A stretch of DNA of 64,000 bases from Squalus acanthias (lineage: Eukaryota): positions 134,294,001-134,358,000 of the forward strand of contig CM059432.1 in the NCBI GenBank assembly GCA_030390025.1, given 5' to 3'. The notes under the pieces are model-generated. The model had not been told where the DNA came from, made no database searches, and saw nothing but the letters and a program-made list of their open reading frames with translations. Position numbers and translations under genes: made by a program. Shown here one piece after another: positions 1-13,799 of the stretch. Position 1 is the stretch's first letter, and each line of letters opens with the position of its first letter.

Positions 1-3000
1 TTTATTTCTAGGAGACTTTTAAGCTTATTAGAATGGCAAAATCCAGTGGTGCTAAAATGCATTATTAATCAGATTCTTTCGGTGGCTATGTCTTCTATCG
101 CATCCCTGGGAAAGAGTAGGTCTACTAGGGAGAACTTCTTTCGGAATTCCCCTCTCTTTGATATTTCGAGGCTTTAAATAACAAGCGAGTAAAGTGTTGG
201 TTTGCTGCCATTGAGGTGGAAATCATGTTTGTCATGTAGCTATTCAATGCCATGCATAAACAGTGACTTAAAAGCAAACTACTTCGACCTAGCGCCGTCT
301 TCCAAACCGTTTCACTATGCTTTACATAAAAGTTATTATCATAATAAATAGCTAATTGACTTTCAATTATGAATTGAGACAGAAGGTTATACGTGGTCTT
401 TCATTCAAGGTGACAACGTGTGTAAGGGTGACTCTCAGCACAGGTAATCTGTGTGACCAGATCTAGGCGTCGTCCTTAGCTAATCTTCATTACCATTTTT
501 GGTGGAGCTCTAGGACAAAGATGTCATCAGAACCTATTGTCTTTAATTAGAAGACCCGAGATATCAACCGGTTCAGAACACCTCGCTCCGAAAGGCCAAA
601 TCCTTTGAAACTTGATGAAAAATAATTTCGATCTTCATCATGCGCGAGTCACAGTGAGCATTGCGGCTAAAATGAGGTGAAAGTCTTTTGCTTATACCCG
701 GATTTTTTTTTATGTAACTACCTGTCTATGTAGCTATATAACAAACACACACACACTTTAGTGTATGTCTTTTCTAATAGTTTTTGTTCTCCTGAGGCAA
801 ACAGTACAGCAGCATTTTTGGCTTTTAAAAATGATTGATTTTTTTCACTTGCTCACTTTCAACTGTTAAGTGTTTATTCATAACAAGCCGTTTGCATGAA
901 GTGTGATTTGTCATTTTCAGGTTAACAGTTGAAGAGGAAACAGCCCCTTAAAATGTAATGCTATGAATTAAAACAGATAACGACTTTATATGATTATTGA
1001 TTTAAAGCAATGGCACGAGTGAAGTTATAGCTTTTCTATTTTGTCTGCGTGCGAACGTCTATTCATTTAATGAATAGGTATTTGCTAGACTTAGGTTATT
1101 TTTCTCAAATAATATTATAGTGACCTTCTGTAAATTACTGTAATGTGTTAGTTTCTTGTAAAAGTCATTTAAATTTTAATGCATTCCTTCCTTTACTGGC
1201 AGACTCGTTGTGGAGTGCATGCAAGTAGTTGGTTTGTTTCAGAATGATTTATAAAATTAATCTTTAATTGACTGGCATATCAAAATGCAATGAATAATTA
1301 AAATGTGTGTTACTGTGGAGTGGAAACTATTTTTGACAGAACAGTCTGAAATAATGTTTTCAAATCTCGTTTTTGCAATCTGTGAGGAGCCTAAACCTGT
1401 GCAATTTATTCGAACCCTTCCCCCCTCCCCAATTTGCACTTTAAAAAAAATTAAATGTCATTCTATACACATGTAGCCATACCGAGGCTCACGTCGTTTA
1501 AAAAAAAATACCAGCGATTTTCTGTGGGGAGGGAAATATTCGCACCTGATTATTCGGTTAAAAAAACTTTTTATTGTACTGGGTTAAAATAAATGTAGCA
1601 ATCCCTTTAAATTGTGCAAAGGTGGTGAAACAGATTACACGCAAGTTTTCTCTTTATTAATTTTTTTTAAATACTCACCAGATCTGCCTTTTCAGAATAG
1701 GGAAGAGAATAACTCCCCAGAGCACCTGTTGCAGTTTACATTGACTATTAAATCAAAGTGTAAATGCGTGGAAATACAGATTAAAAATGTAAACATTTGC
1801 CACATATTTTAACTTGGTGCACAGATGAAATGAACTTTTATTCTCCAATTACCCTATGACATTTTACCCATTATTCGCACCTGGCCTATACCGCGCATGT
1901 GCTTTGGACATTCTGACAATTTTTCGTTCCGCGGTGGAAATAATAAAGAAAATATAGATAGATATCTTACAATACGGCAAATACGTTTATTTTAATACTG
2001 CTGTCAATGTGTTTACTTTCGGGAAAAGTGGATTTCAATAAATTCTAATGTTGCAAATACCTATGTTGATCATCAGTATCTAACAAGCATTTTCTTAGGT
2101 ACAGGTCTTTTCGTTTCAGCTGAGACAGAATTACCCCTTATCACTTCATAAGAACTTATACAACTGCACGTCAGTGTCTCCTCCTCTTTTCCCCAATAGA
2201 AATTACTAATTACTGTAAAGTTAGAAACTTATACCTAACTCCAACTTTCAAAAAACAATCACATATTTGGGAAATTAGAGATAACATAACTCTTCAATGC
2301 AAAACTGGAAGCATTACCACACTGTTTCAAATCTCAGTTTAAGAAAATCTAGGGAAACATGAAGCAGTACAATTAGGGTAAAAGGTTTGTATGGAGTAAA
2401 CAGTACATAGGTTTTACAGACATATATATATATATATATGTATCTATACACGATTGGTTTCTCACTCAAAGTTATATGCTTCAAATGTTTGACAGAGATA
2501 TGAAATATATTTAAAAGTTGATGCTGCTTTAATACCCATATAAATGTAATTGGTTGTCAAGTAGGCTTTCCAATAAACTTGAATCAAATCGTGTACTTTT
2601 TTTTGAAAAGGTAGTCTGCAGACACATATCCGATTATCAACATGTACAGCATTTAAAAGATAAATCTGAGAAAGGAAAATTGAAATTCAATTTTATTTGA
2701 ACTTTCCTAGCAAACGCGTTATATTTGTTCCAAGTCTAGCAATATTGTTCTGTGTAACTACTAGACAAATGAAACAGTCGCATAGTCGCAATGTTAATGT
2801 AGACGTTAATCTTTCTTGTTTTTATTCTCATTGTGATTGGCCCCAAGTTAAGAGAAGTTGTAACATGGCGATGATCACAGTGGGCTGCTTTCGACATATA
2901 TCTGGAGTACTGCGCCTATAGTAAGCTGACTACAAATTCAATTCAAAACACCGAATTAATCACAGAATTTTAAAAAAGGCAAGAAGGTTTGAGGCCTAGA

Positions 3001-6000
3001 TATAAAGTGAGCTTTTCTACAGCCCACTGAAACAAAGCAACTGATGATGCATTTTAAACCACGACGAGTTTTACCTGCACTAGCGCTGTTCGGGATGTTT
3101 AAACTTCCCTTTTATTCAATTGCAAACTACATATAGTTTGTATCACTTACGTCATTCAGGTAAATACGATTGCAAGTACTACTAGAAAGTTTGGGCTCAA
3201 GGACTTTACTGCAATTCGTAATTCTTTGTCCCAATTCCTGGGATTTATCAATTATACGCGTACACATAATAAAACATTAGGCGCCAGTTAAAGAGCAACT
3301 TTCAGCAGCTAGTGGAACAAAGGTAATAATGCTGAAGGAGTGTAGTTACTAGAAAAGTCCACCTACCTGCCAGTCCCCCATTTTGCCCAGTATTGACATA
3401 TCGCCTGGAGTTGCCCGTAGTGTCGTCAAATGATCTGCGAGCTGTTGAGTAATTTCTCCTTTTACCTCTACAGGATCATCTCACCTGGTCATAAAGTGCT
3501 GGGTGCCACCTGCCCGCGCCTGCGTACTCGTCAGGAATGTCAGTACCTAGCAGCTTCAAAAAATAGCCTGTCTCAGCACTGATGGATTTACAGCAGCCAT
3601 GTACCTCTGCAGTCCAGATCCTCCATCAGCAACCAGATCTCATCCTGACCAACAACACACACAAAAAAGGGCTATTCATGACAAAAGAAGCTTCGCTGTG
3701 GTGAATTTGGGGGAGCTTATTGTATCCAGTCACCTACAATAGACAGAGGCCTCTGCAATTACTGGGGATGTTGTGAAGCAGGGTTCAGGTGATGGAGGCA
3801 GGGAAAGAATCACCAGCAAGGAAACACAGATAGAGCGCTTTGCAAAGTTTATCTAAAAGGTGGCGAGGCTGCCATTGATAGAGAGAAAAGAAGGGAGAGG
3901 GGAAGGAATCGACTTCAACAAGTGGTTGGAAAGTTTTTTTTTCCTTTGCTCCTTTTTTCGCTGGTGTATTGTGTTACCTGTGTACAAACAAAAAGGACCT
4001 GTTTGCGACATAAAGGACAAATGCGACCTGCTGTGTCCTTCATACAATCGAGCTAGTGTGTGTTTTATTTTGCTTCTTTTCCTAGTAATACGGTGGCGTC
4101 GGGATGTGTTGGTGCTGTTTACTTTAAGTGAATTATTATTGCACAGCATTTCTGCGATTGGATTGGCTGATGTCAAAATAAAATCGACGCAACAAATTAA
4201 CCAGTATTTATAATACATCGTGAGGCGCAAAGGTCAGAAATTACATGCACAAGTCTAGTGGCGACGTTTGGAGCGAAAGGATAATCGATCGAATCAAGAA
4301 ATTAAAAGAACCACGTTTAATAATAACGGCTACATGATATGTAACATATATATATATATATTCATAGAGAAAACTTTTCGTGGATATAATTCCAAAACGT
4401 GTAAATTAATGTTGCACCATGTTGCTGATTTTTAACTTAACTATTTTGTACATTTTGTGAGTGACAGGTGTTTTATATTAACTTTACAACTGTTCTGCGC
4501 CAGTCGCATGGTGCTGTGGTACTAATTGCTTTTTATTTAGAGGATAAAATAAATCTAGTTGTTGCTACACTAGTGCCCGCCTTACACAAAATGTTCACTT
4601 TTTGGCCAGGTGTCACATTTCGATTCCCTGGCTATTAAGCAGAAGCCATCCCCTTAATCACTTAATCTAATTAGGACGAGTGGACGCATTTGTGACTTTA
4701 GGCAATTAGAGTTTTTGTTATTTTCGAACTTTTTGAGGAAATTCCTTGAGATATCCTCATAATATACACGCACTTATTCTAAAGCCTGCTTATTCTAAGT
4801 AGATTGCTTGTTAAAACTTTGAAATTCTATTAGCTCGCCAAAGAGTTCCCTCCAGTATCAATTACATTTCATCGCACTGTAACAGACCGACACTTGTTGC
4901 ACAAATGCAAAAGGTCGACTCAATGATGTTTGGTGCATCACATCTTTGTATATATCTTCAGTGTATATTCTGTTGTGTACGTGTTAGGTGTAACCTCTTC
5001 CGTGCATAGACAAAGCAGCCGCACACCACTTTAAAGTATTTGCAGTATTTGTATGGCTCCTTGAACAGCTATATGTTGCATGTGCACTACCTTCTAGTGT
5101 ATATGTTACTCTTTTCGTGCGAATTACATATGTGTCATCTTTAAGTGTATATATTCATATTAACGTTATATTTTATTTTAGATGTATATAATTTCCAGAG
5201 TATACATATCAGAGGTATATTGACTGCAAGTGCACTTAGATTACTTGCATAGGTCAGCGGAAAATCCCTCTATATCGGTTTGGACTTTGACTTCTTAGTG
5301 AATGCATTTCAGGACTTTATCTCTTACATGTTTTAGGTCTATTTCGCTTTGTATGTGTCTGTTAAGCGTATAGAACTACTAAATGCATATGAGTTAGTAT
5401 ACGTCCTTTATATCTTTCGGTCTATACCGTGTTTACCGTGTATACCTGGTGGAAGCCTTGTAAAATGTCAAGCCATGCCCGCCCGTACACTTTTACACTA
5501 TTAGGTGATTAACATTGAGGATCATCATTCTCTTTAAAACTATTTTGTAGAGTACATAAACACACGTGCGCACATCATTTGCACCTGTGGATTAGATTAA
5601 TGTATCTTTTATTTTTCTCCTTATAGTGCTTAACATAACTGACCAGCCAATGACTGGCCAGACCCTAATCCTCACGAGCGAAGATTGCTGTAATTCTGTC
5701 TGTGCGCTGCAGTTACGACGTATGTGTATAAACATAGCTGTTTAATTACACACTTTCAGAGGTGCACACCAGCAATACTTCCGTTCGTTGAATTGTTTTA
5801 TAAATTCAATGCAACGTTGAAATTAAGTATTAAGAATTCCCGGCTGCTGGAAATCAGACTTAAATCGGATTTGATTTCTGAAGATCTGGAGGGGGGGGGG
5901 GGGGGATGGTGAAAAAAAGTTTGTAGAAAATAATTATATTGTGATTTTTCTTTTTCACTTTTAATTTCAAAGAGCAACGTGCATTCAGGTTATACTGAGA

Positions 6001-9000
6001 GGAGGTGCTTGACTTGAGTAATGAAGCATGAAATGTGTGAATCCCACCGGAGCTGCCTGCACTTAGACAGATTATACAGGCCGGTTCAAATTACCAGAAT
6101 TAGTACAGCTCACAAATTAATTACAATGCTGGCATCAACTTATTCTGTTATCGTTTAGAGTGGGAGAAAAAGAACCAGGGAAGCGAATCGCTGTTTACAT
6201 TTTATTACCAGGGCCTTTTCCAGGCCCTCGTTAGGTACTGATCAGCCTGCTCAAAGTTTGTCATTAAAGTTTAAACTTTCAGTTATAGTGCAGGACATTC
6301 GCAGCCACCTGAGCTGGAACTGTCTGCTGCAGTCACCCCTTGCCGAGCATGCTTTATTTCCATCGAGTTATATTAGTGGATAAAAGTATACCTCCGATAT
6401 TAATTATACACGGGGCGTAATGTCTGCTCTCTGGTTCGATTTCAAATATCACAGCGGCATCACTGTGCATTTTTCTATATTAACTGATCTATTCACCTAT
6501 CCGAGTAAGCAATCAGGGTCAGAAAGAGTGGAAGAGAGAGAGAGAGATAGGAAATGTTGCATTGCTGGACAGGAGCACTCTTGAGCCTTCTAGTATTTGT
6601 TTCCATTTGTTTTTTTGATATCCGTCGCGAAATCTGGCAATTGTTATAACGTTCAAATTTACAACGATGCTAATTATTAATTAGAAAACTTCCGCACTCC
6701 GAAAACCAAAGTGTTACAGTGCCGTTTTTTCGTGGCGATTTTGTTGTGTCGCCTTTTATGCTCATGTTTTACTATCGGGGGTAGGTCCTGGGTCATTCTT
6801 CGGTTAACACCGAGCACAGTGGACTTTTTAAACCAAACTAAAAGTTGCTACACTCTCCCACTTCTGTATTAAACTTTAAGTCCTGCAATTATAGAATGTG
6901 AATCCGGACTTGGAAAACAAATGCATTCTTTCCATTTGATCATACCTGTGCCGAATTTAATCCCAAATAAAGCACCTCGGAGTTCATTTGATTTCTTACC
7001 GCGAAACTTCTCACTGCACAGGAGGTAGCAACCGCCCTGCACTGATATGTCACATTTTGGGTTGCATAATTTATACAATAATACAAGTTTTATTTCGGAT
7101 AAGAATACTGTTCAGCTTGAACATCAAATTGGCAGTTTGATTCCGGATCCGAATAAAGAACAGTCCTTCCAGCAAGCGGCCTCAGAAGAATGCAACCAGT
7201 TAGTTAATTAAGGATTGCATTTTGATGAGGTATTTTTTTTTCTGCCGCCACCCTGTTTCATAATTATTCCACGCGGATTTGAAGAGATGCAAGGTGATTT
7301 TCTCTGCACGATATCATCCCATGGAACGCAAGGTCTCATTCTGCAATTTGTCTGCAAAGCAACTCATTCGTTTACGCAGCGAGTTCTTGCACCTTGAAAA
7401 TTATCCCTGCCGAGCTGCTTCCACATTAGAGACTGTTAATATGCCCCGAAGACACATTTAAATGAGTGCATTAATACCGAGAAATGTGACCGAGGCGATG
7501 CGATTAGAAGTTGGATAGTTCGATGCTTTAGTAAGAAAGTTGCGCTGTCAAGAACCTCTGCTTTAAAATGCCCTTTGGGTTCCTCGCGAGTTGTTATTTG
7601 TAAATATTGCTACACAAAGTAGTAAAAGACTCTGGGGTCTTAAAACGGCCAATGAGCGCAGCAAACGTAAAATATGTGTGCAAATCAAAAAAGTTCCGAA
7701 ATAGAGAGAGAGCGATTCCAGTAGCCCGTTTGCAGAATACAAATAGGGAACATCGAATACACTTGTCAATACAGCAGCGAATATCTTGCACTCTGCATTC
7801 GTAGTTCCAACGTCTCATTGCATTCTTGGAGTATGTCATTACAGTACTATTCTTTCACGGTGCATGAAGTAAATTATTAAAATATAACCACACGGTAAAC
7901 CACGTCCAAATATTGGTAACTGTTTATATTCGTTAGAGGGACTCTATCTTGGAACGCAGACTAACACCTACGCTCTAGGGTAACACCTTTCTTCAGGAAA
8001 GTTTTGGAACAGAAGGGTGGAACACTTATCGTTTTAAGTGCACGTGTACTTTACAAAGTAAAACATACGTAGATTATTTCTAATAGTTGGTTAAGTAATT
8101 CACACTGTCGTTTATCTGCAAAGTTTGTCCCATTATAACGTTCTGTGTTGGTGCAGGTTCGACTGTCTTGAAAAAAAAATAGAATTATGTATTTTCACAT
8201 CAATCTACCGTTCATTCATTATCGAAAACTATTTAACATAGCGCAGCTCGAGTCGATACATGCATTCTGAACACTTTCCGGTAAAAATTAAATAGCGAAA
8301 ACCCCGGGCGTGTAATTGGGTTTGAGCCACAGAACGCAGTGAACGTTTCCTAATGAAGTATAGGGAGAGTGTCGGAGCATCCATTTCTGCAGCAACGTCT
8401 TAACCTTGCAAAAACATTTTATGTGGCACTAGTCTGATTCACCATTTATCTATATATGACTACAAAAATAAGCATAAATATGGATGGTATAGCAATAGAC
8501 ATACCTAAATATGTCTATGTGTGTAGACATGTATTTCGATCTTTGTACATGTACACACTCTTACTTGCCCATACGTGTCAGTACAGACCCATCTATTTAT
8601 TCATTATGCAGGTATGTATCCCTGTTTGTATGTATGTATACACCATCTATCTAATGATAGAGAGACAGAGTCTATATGTATACTGCTGTCTATACCCTTC
8701 TGTATATCTATAGCCAACTACGTTTATACCCACAGATATACACATGCATACAGCTACACATGCATGTATACTTTTCTATATAGTATAAATAATTGTAGAG
8801 TGTAAAGGTGCAATACGAATGGGAGCGTGTTGAGAAATAACCTGTTTGCATTAAGTCTCCTATAAAAGCATTCCGGGGAGATTGTTGTGGTTTGGAGTTG
8901 TGTGTGGGGGTTCAGGTTTTCCCAAACACTGATGACCCATCCGCCCCATTTTGCTGCACATCTGTCCCAGTGAAAAGCACTTGCAGCTGCTGTCATTTGT

Positions 9001-10000
9001 AAAGATGTACACGAGACGGCTGGAAACAGGCAAGATTCGTAAGACGACATTTCCAGGGGGCTCCTTTCTGCAAAAAAAAGATAGGGTTTCATCAATAACG
9101 ACACTGGGACTGACAGATAATAAAGGACGTGTCAATTTTATTTTGAGTTTTGTTACTTTTTCGGGAATGGGATGGCACGGTCGAGTGAAAGCCATTCCAA
9201 ATGGTAAAAATATGTATTTCCATTTGCTTGCGCTCTCGGACACACAAATAGTAAGGTCTAGTGACTGGTGGAAAACACTAGCTGGATGCATGTGGAGCGC
9301 ATTCTACCCAAGCACCGTGTGCCCTCTAGTGTGTGGGGACAGTAGCTATTTCAAAAATGGGCACACCGAGCAATCATTTCAATACATCAAAAATAAATGC
9401 ATAAACTGGTTGAAAACACCAGCCAACAACAATAAAATTGCTGAAAATCAGAGTTCCATATCTGAGTACATTTCAGCAAATGTTTAATACAATTAAATCT
9501 ACAATACTGCAGCTGGCAGCGGCGTGAAAGCTCAGACCATCTCCTCGTCTCTGTCAATCGATCCCTCGTGCTCTCCTCGTATTTCTTGTCGCCTAATCCC
9601 GTGTAATAATGCCCAACTTTTTTTTCAGTTTCGTTTCATTAGGCGAGGTTAGTGAAATCTGCCCCCTTTTGACACAGCATTATAGAACGAAACAGGCTAA
9701 AAAAAAAGCAAACACCTAACTCAAGAGTCCCGCTAATCCCTAAAACAGGCGAGCAGACACCGTCGGTGCATTTAGAAATATCTTAGCCGTACCTTATGGG
9801 GAAAGTAGTTTCGTTAGAAAAAAATCCAAAATCTCCCCCAGTTTAAATCGCAGGTCTGCAAAGTGAAAGCTAACGGTGTAAAATGCAATGCATGCATTGA
9901 TGTTAGATATATCCAATAAGAGATAAGACTGTTGGTTGTTCCCCCAGCATAATGAACCCTCATTGCATTGCGGTGTTAAGAGTTTCCTTTGCATTCCGGT
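1..10000. promoter_or_regulatory. Transposon-free, CpG-retaining non-coding block; probable cis-regulatory landscape of a gene outside the window
   Basis: No recognisable LINE, SINE or MITE sequence, unlike the rest of the window; frequent CpG; clusters of homeodomain, SOX and E-box motifs; no recognisable coding exon. Confidence 0.55.
8450..8790. repeat. Low-complexity TA/CA-rich (tatcta/tacata) tract
   Basis: Degenerate alternating purine-pyrimidine repeats. Confidence 0.6.
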
Positions 10001-10036
10001 GAAATCTGTACGGGCTAATTGCAACATCTTTGCAAA

Positions 10037-10590
10037 AGGGATAAGGCGGGAAGAGGTACATATAGAATAAGGGATAAGTCAGAGTGATATAGAGAAAAAA
10101 TGATAGAGAGGTAAATAGAATAAGGGATTGGGAGGGATACGTATAGAATAAAGGATGAAACAGAGGGAGAGATAAGTACAATAAGGGTTAGTGCAAAGAG
10201 CACCAGTGATACACGTACAATAGAGAAGGGCAGAGGGATACATATCAAATTAGGGATAAGCCGAAGAGAGATACATATAGAACCAGGGTTAGGACAGAGA
10301 GAGAGATACAGAATCAGGGATGGGGCAGTGAGAGACAGAGTGAGAGATTTAGAATTAAGGATAGAGCAGAGAGAGAGAGAGAGATTCTTATAGAACCAGG
10401 GATAATGCAGGAAGATAGGTAGACGATTCGGATAGGACACATAGAGCTACATATAGAATTGGGGTTTGAGCAGAGAAAGATAAATATGGAATTAAGAATA
10501 ATGCAGGAAGATACATATAGAATAAGGAATAGGGCAGAGGGAGTTATATACACAATAAGGGGCGGAGCTGAACAAATGCAAATAGAATAA
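10037..10590 (+). repeat. Degenerate purine-rich minisatellite, unit ~31-34 bp (ATACATATAGAATAAGGGATAGGGCAGAGAGAG-like)
   Basis: ATAGAATAAGGGAT-like core recurs at ~33-bp spacing, roughly 15-17 copies. Confidence 0.75.
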
Positions 10591-10754
10591 GAAATGTTAA
10601 GGAGCAAATTACAAACATGCTGCCGACCCCTCGGGGTTTGGAGTAAATTCTGTGCAGCACACATACCAGCACCAAACCTAAGACCCCTACCCCATGTACA
10701 AGGCTAGACTACTGCCATGTAATGAACTTCACCATTTCTGCCACTCAAGTCTTG

Positions 10755-11183
10755 AAAGAAGAAAGACTTGCATTTATATAGTGCGTTTCACAACCTTAGG
10801 ACGTCCCAAAGCGCTTTACAGCCAATTAAGTACTTTTGAAGTGTAGTCACTGTTGTAATGTAAGAAATGCAGCAGCCAATCTGCTCACAGCAAGCTCCCA
10901 CAAACAGCAATGTGATAATGACCAGATAGTATTCTTTTTTAGTGATGCTGATTGAGGGATTAAATATTGGCCAGATCCCTAGGGATAACTCCCCTGCTCT
11001 TCTTCGAAATACTGCCATGGGATCTTTTACGTCCACCTGAGAGGGCAGATGGGGCCTCGATTTAATGTCTCATCTGAAAGACGGCACCTCCAACAGTGCA
11101 GCACTCCCTCAGCACTGCACTGGGGTGTCAGCCTGGATTTTTGTGCTCAAGTCTCTGTAGTGGGACTGGAACCTACAACCTTC
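10755..11183 (-). mobile_element. Deu-domain tRNA-derived SINE (SacSINE1-like), 5'-truncated
   Basis: Reverse complement of the full-length copy at 46397-46859, including the AAAGATCCCATGGCAGTATTTCGAAGAAGAGCAGGGGAGT core and the L2-like tail. Confidence 0.85.
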
Positions 11184-12683
11184 CTTGCTTGAACAGCCTT
11201 CAATGTCCAACGCACAGTAGCTTCAGATTTTCTAGCAGGTTGTTACTTCAACAGATCCATTTGGGCTGGATTATTTTTATTCTTGCTGGAGAGGGTACAA
11301 CCCAGTATTCACTAGATGCATCCCAGTCACCGGTTTGTTTAAATGCATGTCTATAATTGACCACCAACAAATATGCAAGTTTCCTCCCCCAACCACCCCA
11401 CTCCACCCCCCATCATCTTCCCATTTTCTTTGTGAAAAATGTAAATCATCCTGTCAGATAATAACTAAGAGTGGGTGTGTAGTGTCATAGGTGCAAGGGG
11501 ATGATAGGTATCTGATGTCAGAGCAGGAACATTTACGGAAACATAATTTATATGTTCTGACCAATGACTGCACAGGTTACAGGGATATAATTTTCAGAAA
11601 ATGCAAAGAGATAAAGTAACTTGTATATATTAAAAGGCTGTAATTCAATCAAGAGGACCTGGTGATGTCATAAACCCTAAGGCTGCCCTTATACAGTAGC
11701 TACTGATCTCAGCAGCTACAGTATCAATTCGCAGCCAGCAGCCTTTTATTTATAATGCCTGGCTATGAATCCAACTCTCACAGCCAGGAAAGAGCTCTGT
11801 TTTCATGCAGTACATTTGAAATGTATTAAGTACGGGTAAGAGGGTCTGCTTTCCCCAAAACATTTCTATAAACTCTGCTTTAAGTTCGCAAGTAGCCAGG
11901 AGATCCAATGAACTCCCCAAGCATTTCTTAAACTCGTCCTGACACAGTGCTGGAGTTATACTCCTTTTGTGTCATCAAGCCCGGGGGGGAAGGGACTGCT
12001 GCACTCTGGAGTCAGATCAACACCCCCCCAAGTCCAGAGTTACACTGTTACTGTTGGGAACTGCTTCTCAGTGACATAAACGTGGCAGTGTAACTGTACT
12101 CCTGGAGTCGTCTGCGCGGCACCAGAACTTGCTCAATGGCTTCCAACTCTTTCTACGGTTTCCTTTCTTTTCTTTTACATTGACTATTATTTCGAGGGGA
12201 AAATAATTGAATCCGTCGTGTAAATCATCGAGTTTGCTAGTATGACAAGAACAGTGATGGCAGTTGGAAGTAGTTCCACAATGACACGCAATAGCCCAGC
12301 GGCTGATCTGATTGCTAGATCCACAGAGCAGAGGGACAGCCTGTAATAATTCATAGATGGGTCCAACAAGTTTTTATTTTTTTAAGCAGCGAGTTGTTAT
12401 TTGATTATGGTATATTATAATAGAGTTAACAAGTCTTTAGTAAAAAGAATTGGACACACATACCAGTGCACTAACATAGCCATCTCATATGTTTTAGGTA
12501 ATATTATAGAGCACCCTGGGCCAGATTTTTAAAAGGTTATTACTCCTAACTATGGAGTCAGTAACCAGCAATGTTCAAATTCAACATGTACAGGGAGTTT
12601 CATCAGCTTGCTAATGAGATTCAATAGCTTACTATTGCTGCCAAGACAGTAACTAGTTTCAACCAGTGATAATCACACACACA

Positions 12684-13799
12684 GGCCGCGATTTCGCCTA
12701 CTGAGGCGGGCTCAGTGTGGGCAGAGGTATGTGGCGGGATGCAACCCCGCTCCCGGCTTCATCCCTCTCTGTGACAAGAATTTTCAGTTGATTAGGCTTG
12801 TTAAACCAGCACAGCGAGGTTCCCGGCCAATTAATAGGAAGCGGGTCTGATGATGTCATTTGATGACGCATCATCAGCCGGTTTCCTTAAAGGGACCATG
12901 TCCACGTTAATTTTGACATTTGTGCTGTCAGTGTTCTACAGCATTAAGGTGCTGCAAACACTGACAAGCACTGCACAGAGGTGCACGGCTGCACCCAGGT
13001 GACTCCCTCCATAAGCATATGGAGGAAGTCACAGCACACAGGGAGATTCTCTTCCCTTCCAATGGGTGGAAGAGGCCTCCCCAGGAGACCAACGCAGCCT
13101 GGTTGCACATTGCACAGGAGGGCACAAGCAGGGATGTTGTCAGGAGGACCAGGCTGCAGTGATGCAAACCTTTCAATGATCTGAGCAGATCACAAAACAT
13201 TACTGCAAAGCCACACTCAACCTCATCCTGCTGTGCCACTCATCACATCCCCATCACTCTGCCTTCCCTACCCTGCTCCTGCATATCCTTACTCACACCA
13301 ATGGTGAGAGAGGTTGTTCCAAGGAGGTGACAGTGGATAGAGAGTTTACTCCAAACACTTCCAAACTGCATAAAACTGAAAAGTGTATTCCAAATCCTGA
13401 AGGCTCCAGCTTCTAATATTGGAAAGTGAACAGCTGTGAAATTGTAGCTTTTATACCTCTTTGGCAGCTGTCACCTATTCAGAGGAATGGAGAGTCAATG
13501 ACAGCCCCACCTACTTACCTGACGTGATCCCCGAGCACCGGGAACCTCTTGAAAAAGCTGGTAAAATGGTAAGTGCATGGTAAAATGGTGTTTATGCACC
13601 TTTTAACAAGCTCTTAAGTATCTGAATTGGCTCACCCGTTGCTTGGTGTCGGGTCTGTAAAGCACAGACAGACCCGACACTTGGGAAACTGACATGGAGG
13701 CGGGTTGACAGCGGGATCCCAATCCACTGTCAATCTTTTTGATTTTGACAGTGGACCTACCTCCGAACCCGCCCTCTGAGCTCCGGCAAAATTCCGGCC
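12684..13799 (+). mobile_element. Non-autonomous PIF/Harbinger element
   Basis: TIRs GGCCGCGATTTCGCC and revcomp GGCCGGAATTTTGCC; 3-bp TSD ACA (12681-83, 13800-02); internal Myb/SANT relic. Confidence 0.8.
13019..13192 (+). pseudogene. Myb/SANT-like DNA-binding domain relic (Harbinger accessory ORF)
   Basis: Translates MEEVTAHREILFPSNGWKRPPQETNAAWLHIAQEGTSRDVVRRTRLQ*CKPFNDLSRS; W..IA and R...QC.K.FNDL pattern with an in-frame stop. Confidence 0.75.

Noticed and set aside
3453..3600. Strong + strand acceptor TTTCTCCTTTTACCTCTACAG
   Set aside because: All three frames close within ~35 codons and no partner exon was found; a non-coding exon cannot be excluded
8951..9487. 178-aa ORF in the TE-free region
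   Set aside because: Non-ATG start, no recognisable domain, overlapping ORFs on both strands
5589..9739. TAATCC/GGATTA (OTX/PITX-type) sites as an enriched signal
   Set aside because: About five sites in 10 kb is roughly the chance expectation for a 6-mer on two strands
10037..10590. CRISPR-like repeat-spacer array (also 47343-47428)
   Set aside because: Vertebrate context, degenerate repeats without unique fixed-length spacers, no cas genes
11900..12370. Exon-like unique segment with a possible minus-strand acceptor
   Set aside because: All frames hit stops and none resembles a known protein
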